This document shows positions 52,282 to 62,092 of a DNA stretch of 64,000 nucleotides, piece by piece. This stretch comes from Pararhizobium sp. Lineage in GTDB: Bacteria; Pseudomonadota; Alphaproteobacteria; Rhizobiales; Rhizobiaceae. The notes under the pieces are model-generated. The model had not been told where the DNA came from. It ran no database searches and saw nothing but the letters and a program-made list of their open reading frames with translations. The translations under genes and the position numbers were made by a program. Numbering within the stretch: the first letter of the stretch is position 1; every line of letters starts with the position of its first letter. The stretch spans positions 10,875-74,874 of the forward strand of contig NZ_DATJDJ010000180.1 of assembly GCF_035497515.1 (NCBI RefSeq), written 5' to 3'.

Positions 52282-53442
52282 TTATGTGATGATCCTGCCG
52301 GGAGGTGCCGGCTGGGCGGTGACTTCGCGAAGCCATTCGCGCCAGATGGAGACCAGCAGCGCCATCAACACCGGACCGACGAAGAGACCGAGGAAACCCA
52401 TGGTCTTCACGCCACCGACCAGACCAAAGAAAGTCGGCAGGAAAGGCAGCTTGATCGGGCCACCGACCAACCGCGGCCGCAGGGTCTTGTCGACGATGAA
52501 CAGCTCGATCGTGCCCCAGGCGAACAGCGCCATACCGGCAAAGACCGACCCGCTGGCGAGCAGATAGACTGACACGAGCGTGAAGCAGAGCGGCGCGCCG
52601 CCGGGAACGAGCGCCATGATGCCGGTGATGATGCCGAGCGTGACCGGCGATGGCACGCCGGCCATCCAGTAGGCGATGCCGAGCACGATGCCCTCGCCGA
52701 TGGCGATGACGCCCATGCCGGTGACGGTCGAGCTGATGGTGAGCGGCACAATGCGGGAGACGCGCTCCCAGCGCATCGGCAGGATGCGTTCGCCAAGCTT
52801 GTCGAGTTGCGCCACCAGCTTCTCGCCGTCACGATAGACGAAGAACAGGGTGATGAGCATGAACAGCAGCGTCAGGAAGGACTGAAAGGCAGAGGCGCCG
52901 ACGACGAGCACGCCGCGGTAGATACTGCCGATATTGGAGCCGCTGACGAGCTGGACGAGTTCACCGAGCGCGCCGGGATGGCCGACATATTTCGCCCATT
53001 GCTCGCCGAACCAGACGCCAACCCCGGGAATCTGCGCCAGCCAGGCGGGGACGACAGCACCGGAAGCGTTCGTCTCGATGATCCAGACCACCCAGCTGCG
53101 GAGTTCGTCGACCGCATAGACGGCGGCAAGCGAGATCGGCGCGACAATGAAGGAAATGACGGCAACGATGGCGATCGTGGCGCCGAGCATGCGATTGCCG
53201 CCGATGACGACGAGCAGCCGCCGATAAATCGGCCAGCTGGCAAAACCGATGACAAGCGCCGCGAGCACCGGAACGAGAAAACCGTGGAAGAAATAGACGC
53301 CGGCGAGAAGGACGAAGACGAGCAGCCAGCGCGCAGCGGCAATAGGTCCGACGAGTGCGGAACGCTCATAGGCAGGCCGGCCAAACAGCCGCGGCTCCTT
53401 TGGCGCTTCCTCCCGTTCGCGATTGCTCAATTGCAAAAACAT
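52282..53442 (-). CDS. AI-2E family transporter
   Basis: Multi-TM protein; DKTLRP.LVG and GFLGLFVGPV motifs; start may be the TTG at 53436. Confidence 0.85.
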   Translation of the reverse strand: MFLQLSNREREEAPKEPRLFGRPAYERSALVGPIAAARWLLVFVLLAGVYFFHGFLVPVLAALVIGFASWPIYRRLLVVIGGNRMLGATIAIVAVISFIVAPISLAAVYAVDELRSWVVWIIETNASGAVVPAWLAQIPGVGVWFGEQWAKYVGHPGALGELVQLVSGSNIGSIYRGVLVVGASAFQSFLTLLFMLITLFFVYRDGEKLVAQLDKLGERILPMRWERVSRIVPLTISSTVTGMGVIAIGEGIVLGIAYWMAGVPSPVTLGIITGIMALVPGGAPLCFTLVSVYLLASGSVFAGMALFAWGTIELFIVDKTLRPRLVGGPIKLPFLPTFFGLVGGVKTMGFLGLFVGPVLMALLVSIWREWLREVTAQPAPPGRIIT

Positions 53443-53623
53443 CTCCTTCCGCGGCCGCAGGATGGCAGCAAAAGCCGCCCCGCACCAGCGTGTTTCCATT
53501 TATTGCCGCCCTTTGGCGAAACATGCGCCTACGTAAGTATGATCGCATGGTCAACACAAGAGGATGACAACCACATTTCACGGTAAGAAAAGGCTTGCGA
53601 GCGGAGTGACGCGGCCTGCGCGG

Positions 53624-54829
53624 TCAGGCAGCGCGTGCGGCGCGCGACCGGTCAAGGAACACCGACGACAGGAAGATGCCGATCCCGGCCACCGCCATCA
53701 TCGCACCGACGAGTCCCGTCGATGTCCAGCCGTAACCGGCGGCGATCGACAGGCCGCCAAGCCAGGCACCAAGCGCATTGGCGAGGTTGAAGGCGGAATG
53801 GCTGAGCGCCGCCGCCAGCGTCTGGGCCTCGCCGGACACGTTGATCAACCGCATCTGGACGCCGGGAACGACGGCAAACCCGCCACCGATCAGAAGCACG
53901 TTGATCACCGCCATCCACGGCGTATGCATGGTGAAATAGAAGAGGACATAGGCGACGAGGTTGAAGACGAGCGCGATGCCGATGGCCGACATCAGCGACC
54001 AGTCGGCCAGACGCGAACCGACGATATTGCCGAGGATCATGCCGGCGCCGAAGACCGAGAGCATGATCGGGACCGTGCCGAGCGACACGCCCGCCACCTC
54101 CGTCAAGGCCGGCGTGATATAGCTGAAGACGGCGAACATGCCGCCGCAGCCGATGGCGCAGATGCCGAGCGTCAGCCAGACCTGCGCCTTGCCGAGCGCG
54201 CCGAGTTCGGTCAGCGGCGAGGCAGTCGGGTTGGCGCGGTCGCGCGGAACGTAGAACCAGGTGAGGACGACGGTCAGAACGCTGATCGCGCCGACAATAC
54301 CGAAGGCGGCGCGCCAGCCGAGCGCCTGGCCAAACCAGGCGGCAAGCGGCGTTCCGAGCAGGGTGGCGACCGTCAGGCCCATCATCACGCGACCAATGGC
54401 GCGCGCCCGCTGATGCGGCGCTGCCATGCCGGCCGCGACCAGGGCAGCGACGCCGAAAAAGGCACCGTGCGGAAGTCCGGCGAGGAAGCGCGCCGCGACG
54501 AGAAGTCCGAAGCTGCTGGCGAGGGCGCTGGCAAGATTGCCAATCGCAAACAGGCTCATCAGCGCGAGCAGCACATTATGACGGGAGGATTTCGCGGCGA
54601 GTATGGCAAGCAACGGCGCGCCGACGACGACACCGATCGCGTAGGCGCTGATGACATGGCCGGCATAGGGAACGGAGACGCCCATATCGCCGGCGACCTG
54701 CGGCAGCAGGCCCATGATGGCGAATTCGCCGGTGCCGATTCCGAACCCACCAACAGCGAGGGCGAATTCGGCACTGGACAGGCCGCCCCAACGGGCGACC
54801 GGAGCGGGGGAAAGAATATTATCAGCCAT
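53624..54829 (-). CDS. MFS transporter (AraJ/DHA1-like)
   Basis: GTGEFAIMGLLP, AYAIGVVVGAP, RFLAGLPHGAFFG and AFNLANALGAWLGG motifs. Confidence 0.88.
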   Translation of the reverse strand: MADNILSPAPVARWGGLSSAEFALAVGGFGIGTGEFAIMGLLPQVAGDMGVSVPYAGHVISAYAIGVVVGAPLLAILAAKSSRHNVLLALMSLFAIGNLASALASSFGLLVAARFLAGLPHGAFFGVAALVAAGMAAPHQRARAIGRVMMGLTVATLLGTPLAAWFGQALGWRAAFGIVGAISVLTVVLTWFYVPRDRANPTASPLTELGALGKAQVWLTLGICAIGCGGMFAVFSYITPALTEVAGVSLGTVPIMLSVFGAGMILGNIVGSRLADWSLMSAIGIALVFNLVAYVLFYFTMHTPWMAVINVLLIGGGFAVVPGVQMRLINVSGEAQTLAAALSHSAFNLANALGAWLGGLSIAAGYGWTSTGLVGAMMAVAGIGIFLSSVFLDRSRAARAA

Positions 54830-55016
54830 GAAATGATCCATCGGCGGCCTTGCGGCGCAAACTGTTTGGTCTTGAAAAGGAGAGGCCGGCCAGGATTGGG
54901 AGGAACGAGCCGACCGATTGCATCGCAATATCTTTTTTTACCCCCACGCGCAAAGCAAATGCTGCGCCGCTATCCCGAGAAATCTGGCCATCGGCTCTAT
55001 CGATTCCGTCTTTTAA

Positions 55017-55032
55017 TTGACGTTTACGTTAA
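55017..55032. promoter_or_regulatory. LiuR-type operator upstream of fadD
   Basis: TTGACGT-TT-ACGTTAA. Confidence 0.65.
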
Positions 55033-55238
55033 AGTTATATAATTGCGAATGAGCTTGATGGGGCATGACAAAAGCCTCATCTTGGATCGGTGGAAGAATC
55101 TGGAGGGATTGTTTCGCCGACGCATATTCTGACAGCGACCGGAAGGCCTTGCGACAGGATAGGCGAGTAAATCGGGTGGAACGAGCGCATGCGCCGCGCT
55201 TGCAAGCCGCCAAGGCAGGCAGCATGAGGGAGAGAGAC

Positions 55239-56939
55239 ATGCCGGACACGCACATGCAGACACCCGGAACCCATGCGAGCAAGCCATGGCTTCAATCCTA
55301 TCCGGTGGGCATGCCGGCTGAAATTGCTCCCCTGCCCTATAACTCGATCGGCGACCTCTTTGCCCAGTCGTGTCAGAAATATGCTGGCCGCGCGGCATTT
55401 ACCTGCATGGGCAAGACGCTGACCTTCGCCGATCTCGACGCGCAGAGCCGGAAAATCGGCGCCTGGCTGCAATCGGCCGGCCTTGCCAAGGGCGACCGCG
55501 TCGCCGTGATGATGCCCAACATCCTGCAGAACCCGGTGATCGTCTTCGGCATCCTGCGCGCCGGTTATACGGTCGTGAACGTCAACCCGCTCTACACGCC
55601 ACGCGAACTCGAGCATCAATTGAAGGATGCCGGTGCGAAGGCGATCTTCGTACTCGAAAACTTCGCCCATACGGTCGAGCAGGTCGCGACCAGAACCAGC
55701 CTCAAGCATATCGTCGTCACCACCATGGGCGACATGCTTGGTCTCAAGGGTCTGATCGTCAATATCGTCGTGCGCAAGGTGAAGAAGCTGGTTCCGGTCT
55801 GGTCATTGCCCGGCCATCTGTCTTTCAAGGATGTCATGGCCAAGGGCGGGCGGCAGACGCTAAAACCCGTCGATGTCAAGCTGAGCGATGTCGCCTTCCT
55901 GCAGTATACCGGCGGCACAACCGGCGTCTCCAAGGGCGCGACGCTGACCCATTCCAACCTGCTGTCGAACATGGCGCAGATGGGCCTGTGGCTGGAAACC
56001 GCCTTCACCCACCGCAAACGCCCCGACCATCTGGTTTTCCTCTGCGCGCTGCCGCTTTATCATATCTTCGCCTTGACGGTGAACGCGCTGATGGGCCTGA
56101 GCACCGGCGGCGAAAACATCCTGATCCCCAATCCGCGCGACATTCCGGCCTTCGTCAAGGAAATCGCCAAGTACAAGATCAACATCTTCCCAGGCCTCAA
56201 CACGCTGTTCAACGCACTGATGAACAATGCCGAATTCCAGAAACTTGACTTCAGCGATCTCGCGCTCACCTTCGGCGGCGGTATGGCCGTGCAGCGGCCG
56301 GTGGCGGAGCGCTGGGAAAAGATGACGGGCTCGCCGATCAAGGAAGGCTACGGCCTGTCCGAAACATCGCCGGTCGCCACCGCCAACCGCCTGGACGAGA
56401 GCGAGTTTACCGGCACAATCGGCCTGCCGCTTCCTTCGACAGATGTCGAAATCCGCGACGAGGACGGTAACACGCTGCCATCAGGCGATATCGGAGAAAT
56501 CTGCATCCGCGGCCCACAGGTCATGGCCGGCTATTGGCAGCGCCCTGACGAAACCGCGAAAGCCATTTCCGCCGACGGCTTCTTCCGATCCGGTGACATC
56601 GGTTTCATGAACCCGCAGGGACTGGTGAAGATCGTCGACCGCAAGAAGGACATGATCCTCGTCTCAGGCTTCAACGTCTTCCCGAACGAAATCGAGGAAG
56701 TGGCGATGACCCTTGCCGGCATCCTCGAATGCGCCGCGATCGGCGTGCCGGACGAGCACTCGGGCGAAGCGGTGAAGCTGTTTGTCGTCAAGAAGGATCC
56801 CAATCTGACGGAAGCCAACGTCAAGGCGCATTGCGCAGCCAACCTCACCAATTACAAGCGCCCGAGATTCGTCGAATTTCGCACCGAGCTGCCGAAGTCG
56901 AATGTCGGCAAGATCCTGCGCAAGGATTTGCGTGGCTGA
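55239..56939 (+). CDS. fadD: Long-chain fatty acid-CoA ligase
   Basis: YTGGTTGVSKG, EGYGLSETSP, DRKKDMILVSGFNV and PKSNVGKILR motifs. Confidence 0.92.
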   Translation: MPDTHMQTPGTHASKPWLQSYPVGMPAEIAPLPYNSIGDLFAQSCQKYAGRAAFTCMGKTLTFADLDAQSRKIGAWLQSAGLAKGDRVAVMMPNILQNPVIVFGILRAGYTVVNVNPLYTPRELEHQLKDAGAKAIFVLENFAHTVEQVATRTSLKHIVVTTMGDMLGLKGLIVNIVVRKVKKLVPVWSLPGHLSFKDVMAKGGRQTLKPVDVKLSDVAFLQYTGGTTGVSKGATLTHSNLLSNMAQMGLWLETAFTHRKRPDHLVFLCALPLYHIFALTVNALMGLSTGGENILIPNPRDIPAFVKEIAKYKINIFPGLNTLFNALMNNAEFQKLDFSDLALTFGGGMAVQRPVAERWEKMTGSPIKEGYGLSETSPVATANRLDESEFTGTIGLPLPSTDVEIRDEDGNTLPSGDIGEICIRGPQVMAGYWQRPDETAKAISADGFFRSGDIGFMNPQGLVKIVDRKKDMILVSGFNVFPNEIEEVAMTLAGILECAAIGVPDEHSGEAVKLFVVKKDPNLTEANVKAHCAANLTNYKRPRFVEFRTELPKSNVGKILRKDLRG

Positions 56940-57026
56940 GAGGAACCGGTTTTCCTTGTCAGAACCCAGGGAAGCGGCTATTTTAGCGGAGTGGTGACTG
57001 GAGCGCTAACTCCAGCCACCGTTTGC

Positions 57027-57116
57027 TTATCTGAAGAAATATACCCGCACGGCGATTGACCAGCTCGTGCGGGTTTTTCTTAGCGTAAGCGTGACACTAA
57101 ATGGTCGAGACCACAT
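57027..57116 (-). CDS. Putative 29-aa cationic/hydrophobic peptide (type I toxin-like)
   Basis: MWSRPFSVTLTLRKTRTSWSIAVRVYFFR; SD GGAGGTG 4 nt before the ATG; flanked by hairpins. Confidence 0.55.
   Translation of the reverse strand: MWSRPFSVTLTLRKTRTSWSIAVRVYFFR
57043..57080 (+). terminator. Rho-independent terminator, antisense to the 29-aa ORF
   Basis: ACCCGCACG...CGTGCGGGT followed by TTTTCTT. Confidence 0.65.
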
Positions 57117-57388
57117 AGCTCACCTCCACATTCAGGGACAAGGCTGTGTCCTGCTACAGTCCGGGACGCCTATTCGCCCGGATGCGCCGGCTGGCGCAGC
57201 GCTGCTGCTTCCGCCCCGAATTCGCCAAATCTACTGTAAGCGAACACAGATGCAACCGCGTAGACAGGTTGGATTTAAATCCATTTAAAAGCGCGGGCTT
57301 TTTCACCCTCCGAGGCAGGAAAGGCTTGATTTGCAGGGGCCAAAGCGACTAGCTATCGCGACCCTTCCGCAAAGCAAGGAACCCTGCG

Positions 57389-59014
57389 ATGACCGCTCTT
57401 GTCGATCAGCTGAAATCCACCGTCGCCGACACCAACGCAACCGATCTGAGGGCCGCTTTCGCCAGCGATCCCAAACGGTTTTCCCGGTTCAGCATCACGC
57501 TCGACGACATGCTGTTCGACTTTTCCAAATGCGCGGTGAACGACAAGATCATCGACGGGCTTGAAGCTATCGCCAAGGCGGCGAAGGTCGCGGAAAAGCG
57601 CGACGCCATGTTTGCCGGCGATATCATCAATATCACCGAAGGCCGCGCCGTTCTCCACACGGCGCTGCGCAACCGTTCCAACACACCGGTGCTGGTCGAT
57701 GGCAAGGACGTGATGCCGGATGTCAACGCCGTGCTGGACGCCATGGGTGCCTTTTCCGACGGCATCCGCTCCGGCGTCTTGAAGGGTGCCACCGGCAAGA
57801 AGATTACCGACGTCGTCAATATCGGCATCGGTGGCTCCGATCTCGGCCCGGTCATGGCAACGCTCGCGCTTGCGCCCGAGCATGACGGTCCGCGCCTGCA
57901 CTTCGTCTCCAACATCGACGGCGCTCACATCGCCGATACCCTGAAGCTGCTCGATGCTGAAACCTCGCTGTTCATCGTGGCGTCGAAAACCTTCACCACC
58001 ATCGAGACCATGACCAACGCGGCGACCGCGCGCGCCTTCATTGCCGACAAGCTCGGCGAAAAGGCTGTCAGCAGCCATTTCTGCGCGGTCTCCACCGCGC
58101 TCGATAAGGTCGCCGCCTTCGGTATCGACAGTGACCGGATTTTCGGTTTCTGGGACTGGGTCGGCGGTCGCTATTCGATCTGGTCGGCCATTGGCCTGCC
58201 GCTGATGATCGCCATCGGCAAGGAGAATTTCGGCGAATTCCTGGCCGGTGCCCATACCATCGACAATCATTTCCGCACCGCGCCGCTGCGCGAGAACATC
58301 CCGATGATGCTGGGTCTGCTCGGTTTCTATCACCGCAACGTGCTCGGTTATGCCACGCGCGCCGTCCTGCCCTATGACCAGCGCCTATCGCGTTTCCCGG
58401 CCTATCTGCAGCAACTCGACATGGAATCGAACGGCAAGGGCGTGACGCTGGATGGCACACCGGTCGAAGGCAATTCCGGCCCGGTCGTCTGGGGCGAACC
58501 CGGCACCAATGGCCAGCACGCCTTCTACCAGCTGATCCACCAGGGCACGAGCATCATCCCTGCCGAATTCATGATTGCCGCCAACGGTCATGAACCGAAC
58601 CTGCGCCACCAGCACGAACTGCTGATCGCCAACTGCCTGGCGCAATCGGAAGCGCTGATGAAGGGCCGCACCCCGGAAGAGGCCAAGGCGCAGATGGCGT
58701 CGAAGGGTCTCGACAAGGACTTCATCGAGCGGATCGCGCCGCATCGTGTCTTCAACGGCAACCGTCCGTCGCTGACCTTCGTCTATGACAAGATGACGCC
58801 CTTCACCTTCGGCCGCCTGATCGCGCTCTACGAACACCGCGTCTTCGTCGAGGGCGCCCTGTTCAACATCAATTCCTTCGACCAGTGGGGCGTCGAGCTC
58901 GGCAAGGAACTGGCGACCGGCCTGCTGCCCGTTGTCGAGGGCAAGGAAAGCGCTCAAGGCCACGATTCGTCGACGGCCGGTTTGGTCGCCGCCTTGCTCA
59001 AGGCTGCGAAGTAA
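57389..59014 (+). CDS. pgi: Glucose-6-phosphate isomerase
   Basis: [30 protein letters not shown] and [10 protein letters not shown] motifs. Confidence 0.97.
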   Translation: MTALVDQLKSTVADTNATDLRAAFASDPKRFSRFSITLDDMLFDFSKCAVNDKIIDGLEAIAKAAKVAEKRDAMFAGDIINITEGRAVLHTALRNRSNTPVLVDGKDVMPDVNAVLDAMGAFSDGIRSGVLKGATGKKITDVVNIGIGGSDLGPVMATLALAPEHDGPRLHFVSNIDGAHIADTLKLLDAETSLFIVASKTFTTIETMTNAATARAFIADKLGEKAVSSHFCAVSTALDKVAAFGIDSDRIFGFWDWVGGRYSIWSAIGLPLMIAIGKENFGEFLAGAHTIDNHFRTAPLRENIPMMLGLLGFYHRNVLGYATRAVLPYDQRLSRFPAYLQQLDMESNGKGVTLDGTPVEGNSGPVVWGEPGTNGQHAFYQLIHQGTSIIPAEFMIAANGHEPNLRHQHELLIANCLAQSEALMKGRTPEEAKAQMASKGLDKDFIERIAPHRVFNGNRPSLTFVYDKMTPFTFGRLIALYEHRVFVEGALFNINSFDQWGVELGKELATGLLPVVEGKESAQGHDSSTAGLVAALLKAAK

Positions 59015-59034
59015 TTCCCACGGGCCATCTGGAT

Positions 59035-59069
59035 GAATGCAGGCTGAATGCACAATTCAGCCTGCATTC
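59035..59069. repeat. 15-bp-arm inverted repeat after pgi
   Basis: GAATGCAGGCTGAAT-gcaca-ATTCAGCCTGCATTC. Confidence 0.65.
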
Positions 59070-59146
59070 GAACACAATCCGCTATCCCTCTCCTCACGTC
59101 TTCAAGCCGGGAAAACTTCCGGCGACGCGGAGTCCGGGGCAGCAAC

Positions 59147-59389
59147 GTGGAGCATTATTTCTTTGATCTGCACTTCGGCGGCGAACAGGTCGTCGATGAT
59201 GAGGGCGTCGATCATTTCGACGTCGGCTCCGCCGTCTATTACGGCCAGAGAATTGCCGACCGGATCGGCCGGGATGCCGACTATCGCTCGCTTTCGGTCC
59301 ATATCCGCACCGACGAAGGCGCCCTCCTCGCCATCCTCACCGCTTCAGCCGGACGCGGCCTTGAGCAGCGCGCGTTGATGGGCCGGTAA
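59147..59389 (+). CDS. DUF6894-like small protein
   Basis: Begins with MxxYFFDL...DDEG and has the 'IRTDEG' ending typical of this family. Confidence 0.65.
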   Translation: MEHYFFDLHFGGEQVVDDEGVDHFDVGSAVYYGQRIADRIGRDADYRSLSVHIRTDEGALLAILTASAGRGLEQRALMGR

Positions 59390-59400
59390 TCCCGCGAAGA

Positions 59401-59418
59401 CAATCATCGGCATGTCAT
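59401..59418 (+). promoter_or_regulatory. Possible Pho box upstream of the GT4 gene
   Basis: CAATCAT-cggc-ATGTCAT in 11-bp phase. Confidence 0.4.
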
Positions 59419-59511
59419 CAGACCATGCTCAAAGGCCTCATTGCAGCCGCCACCTGATTCGACGTCGAGCCGGTGCTTCACGGCAGGGGGCAATGCCACA
59501 CCGAGGCCCTC

Positions 59512-60558
59512 ATGGAGAAAACCATTCTCGTTGTTACCGATGCCTGGCACCCGCAGGTCAACGGCGTTGTGCGCACGCTCGATGAACTCGCCCGATCGCT
59601 GAAGGAACAGGGCGTCACCGTTCATTTCCTCACGCCTGAGCGCTTCACCACCTTTCCGCTGCCGTTCTACCCGGACATCCGGCTCGCCCTGCCACTCCGG
59701 CGCCACGTCGCCGAGGCGATCGATGCGGCAGAACCGGATTACATTCATATCGCAACGGAAGGACCGCTCGGCCTTGTCGCGCGCGCGGTCTGCCTGCGAC
59801 GGAACCTGCCCTTCACGACCAGCTACCACACGCGCTTTCCCGAATTCGTCAGCGCCCGGCTGCCCATCCCCGAAAGCTGGAGCTACTGGTGGCTGCGCCA
59901 GTTCCACAATTCCGGCAATGGCATGATGGTTGCCACAGCCTCGCTCGGCACCGAGATGGCGGCACGCGGCTTTCACAACATCAAGCGCTGGACGCGCGGC
60001 ATCGACACCACGCTGTTCGATCCGGCGCTCCGGCAGGATCTGTCCCTTCCCCGCCCGATCTTCCTGAATGTCGGCCGGGTGGCGGTCGAAAAGAACCTGC
60101 CGGCCTTTCTCGACCTCGATTTGCCCGGCAGCAAGGTCGTCGTCGGTGATGGACCGGATCTCGCCACGCTACGGCAGCGTTATCCGGACGTCCATTTCCT
60201 CGGCAAGCGCATGGGCGCGGAACTGGCCACCATCTATGCCTCGGCCGATGTCTTCGTCTTCCCGAGCCGGGTCGATACGTTCGGTCTTGTCATCCTGGAA
60301 GCGCTCGCGAGCGGCTGCCCGGTCGCTGCCTTTCCGGTCACGGCGCCAAACGATATCCTCGGCGATGGCGGCGGCGTGCTGTCAAACGACCTGCGCCAAG
60401 CGGCGCTCGATGCTCTGAAACTGTCACGCGACGATGCCCGGCGAAAGGCCCTGACCTTCAGCTGGGGCGAATGCGCCCGCCAGTTTCTGTCCAATCTCGA
60501 CGGCGTCCCGCACAATGCGTTCGCGCGACGCGGGCGGAGGCTGGGGCGGGTTCTTTGA
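59512..60558 (+). CDS. GT4 glycosyltransferase (glycolipid synthase Agt-like)
   Basis: TDAWHPQVNGVV, HIATEGPLG, SYHTRFPE, VGRVAVEKN and DTFGLVILEA motifs. Confidence 0.85.
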   Translation: MEKTILVVTDAWHPQVNGVVRTLDELARSLKEQGVTVHFLTPERFTTFPLPFYPDIRLALPLRRHVAEAIDAAEPDYIHIATEGPLGLVARAVCLRRNLPFTTSYHTRFPEFVSARLPIPESWSYWWLRQFHNSGNGMMVATASLGTEMAARGFHNIKRWTRGIDTTLFDPALRQDLSLPRPIFLNVGRVAVEKNLPAFLDLDLPGSKVVVGDGPDLATLRQRYPDVHFLGKRMGAELATIYASADVFVFPSRVDTFGLVILEALASGCPVAAFPVTAPNDILGDGGGVLSNDLRQAALDALKLSRDDARRKALTFSWGECARQFLSNLDGVPHNAFARRGRRLGRVL

Positions 60559-60811
60559 ATACAAATCGGCGGTTCATCGAGGGTCGCCTGCGTCTATCGC
60601 GCCCCCGATGATTGCCTTTCGTAGGTAATGTCAAGGTGCTTCCCTTCGCCTCTGCGTCATGCCATGCATAAGCGTGGCAAGCCCCACTCGGGAATTTGGG
60701 GATTAGTCGTTGGCTTACAGGATGAGACTTTTTAGCAGCTAGGCTGCGATTGCGCTTGCTGCCTGTCTGGTCGTTTCAACAAGTACGACAACAGCAGCGC
60801 AGGATAGTCCG

Positions 60812-61069
60812 ATGAAGGACGAAGCCCTTTTTACCGGCAAGGAACGACCAAGACAAATCCCCACTGACTGGATCGGTTCCCCGACCAGATCGGCCCCCGG
60901 ATGGCGCTGGGATAACCCTGCGAATACAGGCAACAGCGTACGCATTTTTCGCGGAGATCCAAACCATAGCGATCCGTCGATGCGGCAACCGTTTGTCGTC
61001 GTCGTTAAAAATGGCGTTACAATCGGCGCGGATGGGCAACCACTTCCGAGGCACATCGCGGAGGAATAG
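60812..61069 (+). CDS. Hypothetical 85-aa protein resembling a polymorphic-toxin tip
   Basis: AGGA SD; visibly more AT-rich codons; GWRWDNP.N.GNSVRI..GDPN...Q PFV...KNG...DGQP...HI pattern. Confidence 0.5.
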   Translation: MKDEALFTGKERPRQIPTDWIGSPTRSAPGWRWDNPANTGNSVRIFRGDPNHSDPSMRQPFVVVVKNGVTIGADGQPLPRHIAEE

Positions 61070-61079
61070 TTAGCCCCCC

Positions 61080-62006
61080 TTACAGCCCGATCTCATAACT
61101 CCACGGCGGGTTCGCCCCTGCCCGAGACACGGTAACCGCCGCCGCCTTGGCACCGAGGGTCAGCGCGTCGCGCACGGCCTCTTCGCTGAGTGTCGCAACT
61201 TGCACCTTGGTCAGCAGGTTGTTCATCTTCAGCGATGCGAGGATGCCTGCATCGAACGTATCGCCGGCGCCGACCGTATCGACCACCGTGACCTTTTCGC
61301 CGCCGACCGAGACCTTGCCGCGCGCGGTATAGCCGTCGGCACCGTCGGCGCCCTTGGTGATGACGACGAGCTTCGGGCCGCGCTGCAGCCACTTGGCCAC
61401 CAGTTCGTCATGCGTGCCTTCTTCGCCGAACCAGTCCAGGTCTTCATCGGAAAACTTGACGATATCCGACATCGCCGCCATGCGCAGCATGCGCGCCTTG
61501 TGGGATGCCGCATCCTGGATGAAGCCGGGGCGGATATTGGGATCGAAGGAAATCACCCGCTTTTCAAACTCGCGCGTCATCAACGCTTCGTAAGTCGAGC
61601 CGCACGGTTCAGGGATCAGGCTGATGGCTCCGAAATGCAGCGCCTCGCAGAAATCCCCGAGCGCCGGCAGATGTTCCTGCGTGATCATCCGGCCAGCGGT
61701 GTTCTCATCGAAGAAGGCATAGGTCGCGGAACCATTGACCAGCTTGACGAAGGCGACCGTGGTGTGCAGCGACAGGGTGGCGCAGGGTGCGAAATCGACA
61801 TTGCTGGATTTCAAAGTCTCGCGCAGCATGTCGCCAAACATGTCATCGGACAGGCCGGTGAAGAAGCCGGTGGGGATGCCGAGCCGGCCGAGCGCGATCG
61901 CTGTGTTGAAGATCGCGCCGCCCGAATAGGGTGCGAACGCCGTTTCGCCCGCCGTCGTCTGGCGCGGCAGCATGTCGATCAGGGCTTCTCCACAGCAGAT
62001 GATCAA
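61080..62006 (-). CDS. PfkB-family carbohydrate kinase (fructokinase-like)
   Basis: GEALID, GGAIFNTA, FDPNIRP and VDTVGAGDTF motifs. Confidence 0.9.
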   Translation of the reverse strand: MIICCGEALIDMLPRQTTAGETAFAPYSGGAIFNTAIALGRLGIPTGFFTGLSDDMFGDMLRETLKSSNVDFAPCATLSLHTTVAFVKLVNGSATYAFFDENTAGRMITQEHLPALGDFCEALHFGAISLIPEPCGSTYEALMTREFEKRVISFDPNIRPGFIQDAASHKARMLRMAAMSDIVKFSDEDLDWFGEEGTHDELVAKWLQRGPKLVVITKGADGADGYTARGKVSVGGEKVTVVDTVGAGDTFDAGILASLKMNNLLTKVQVATLSEEAVRDALTLGAKAAAVTVSRAGANPPWSYEIGL

Positions 62007-62092
62007 GACGACGTCCTCCCCTTCAATGATCTTATTTCAATCGATTTAAGCTAAGTTGCCGAGAATTTCCAGCGCCCTTTTCAGCCCCCTGT

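Noticed and set aside
56941-56956. AGGAA...TTCCT as a third S24-repressor site
   Set aside because: The spacer is 2 bp longer than in the two sites flanking the repressor gene.
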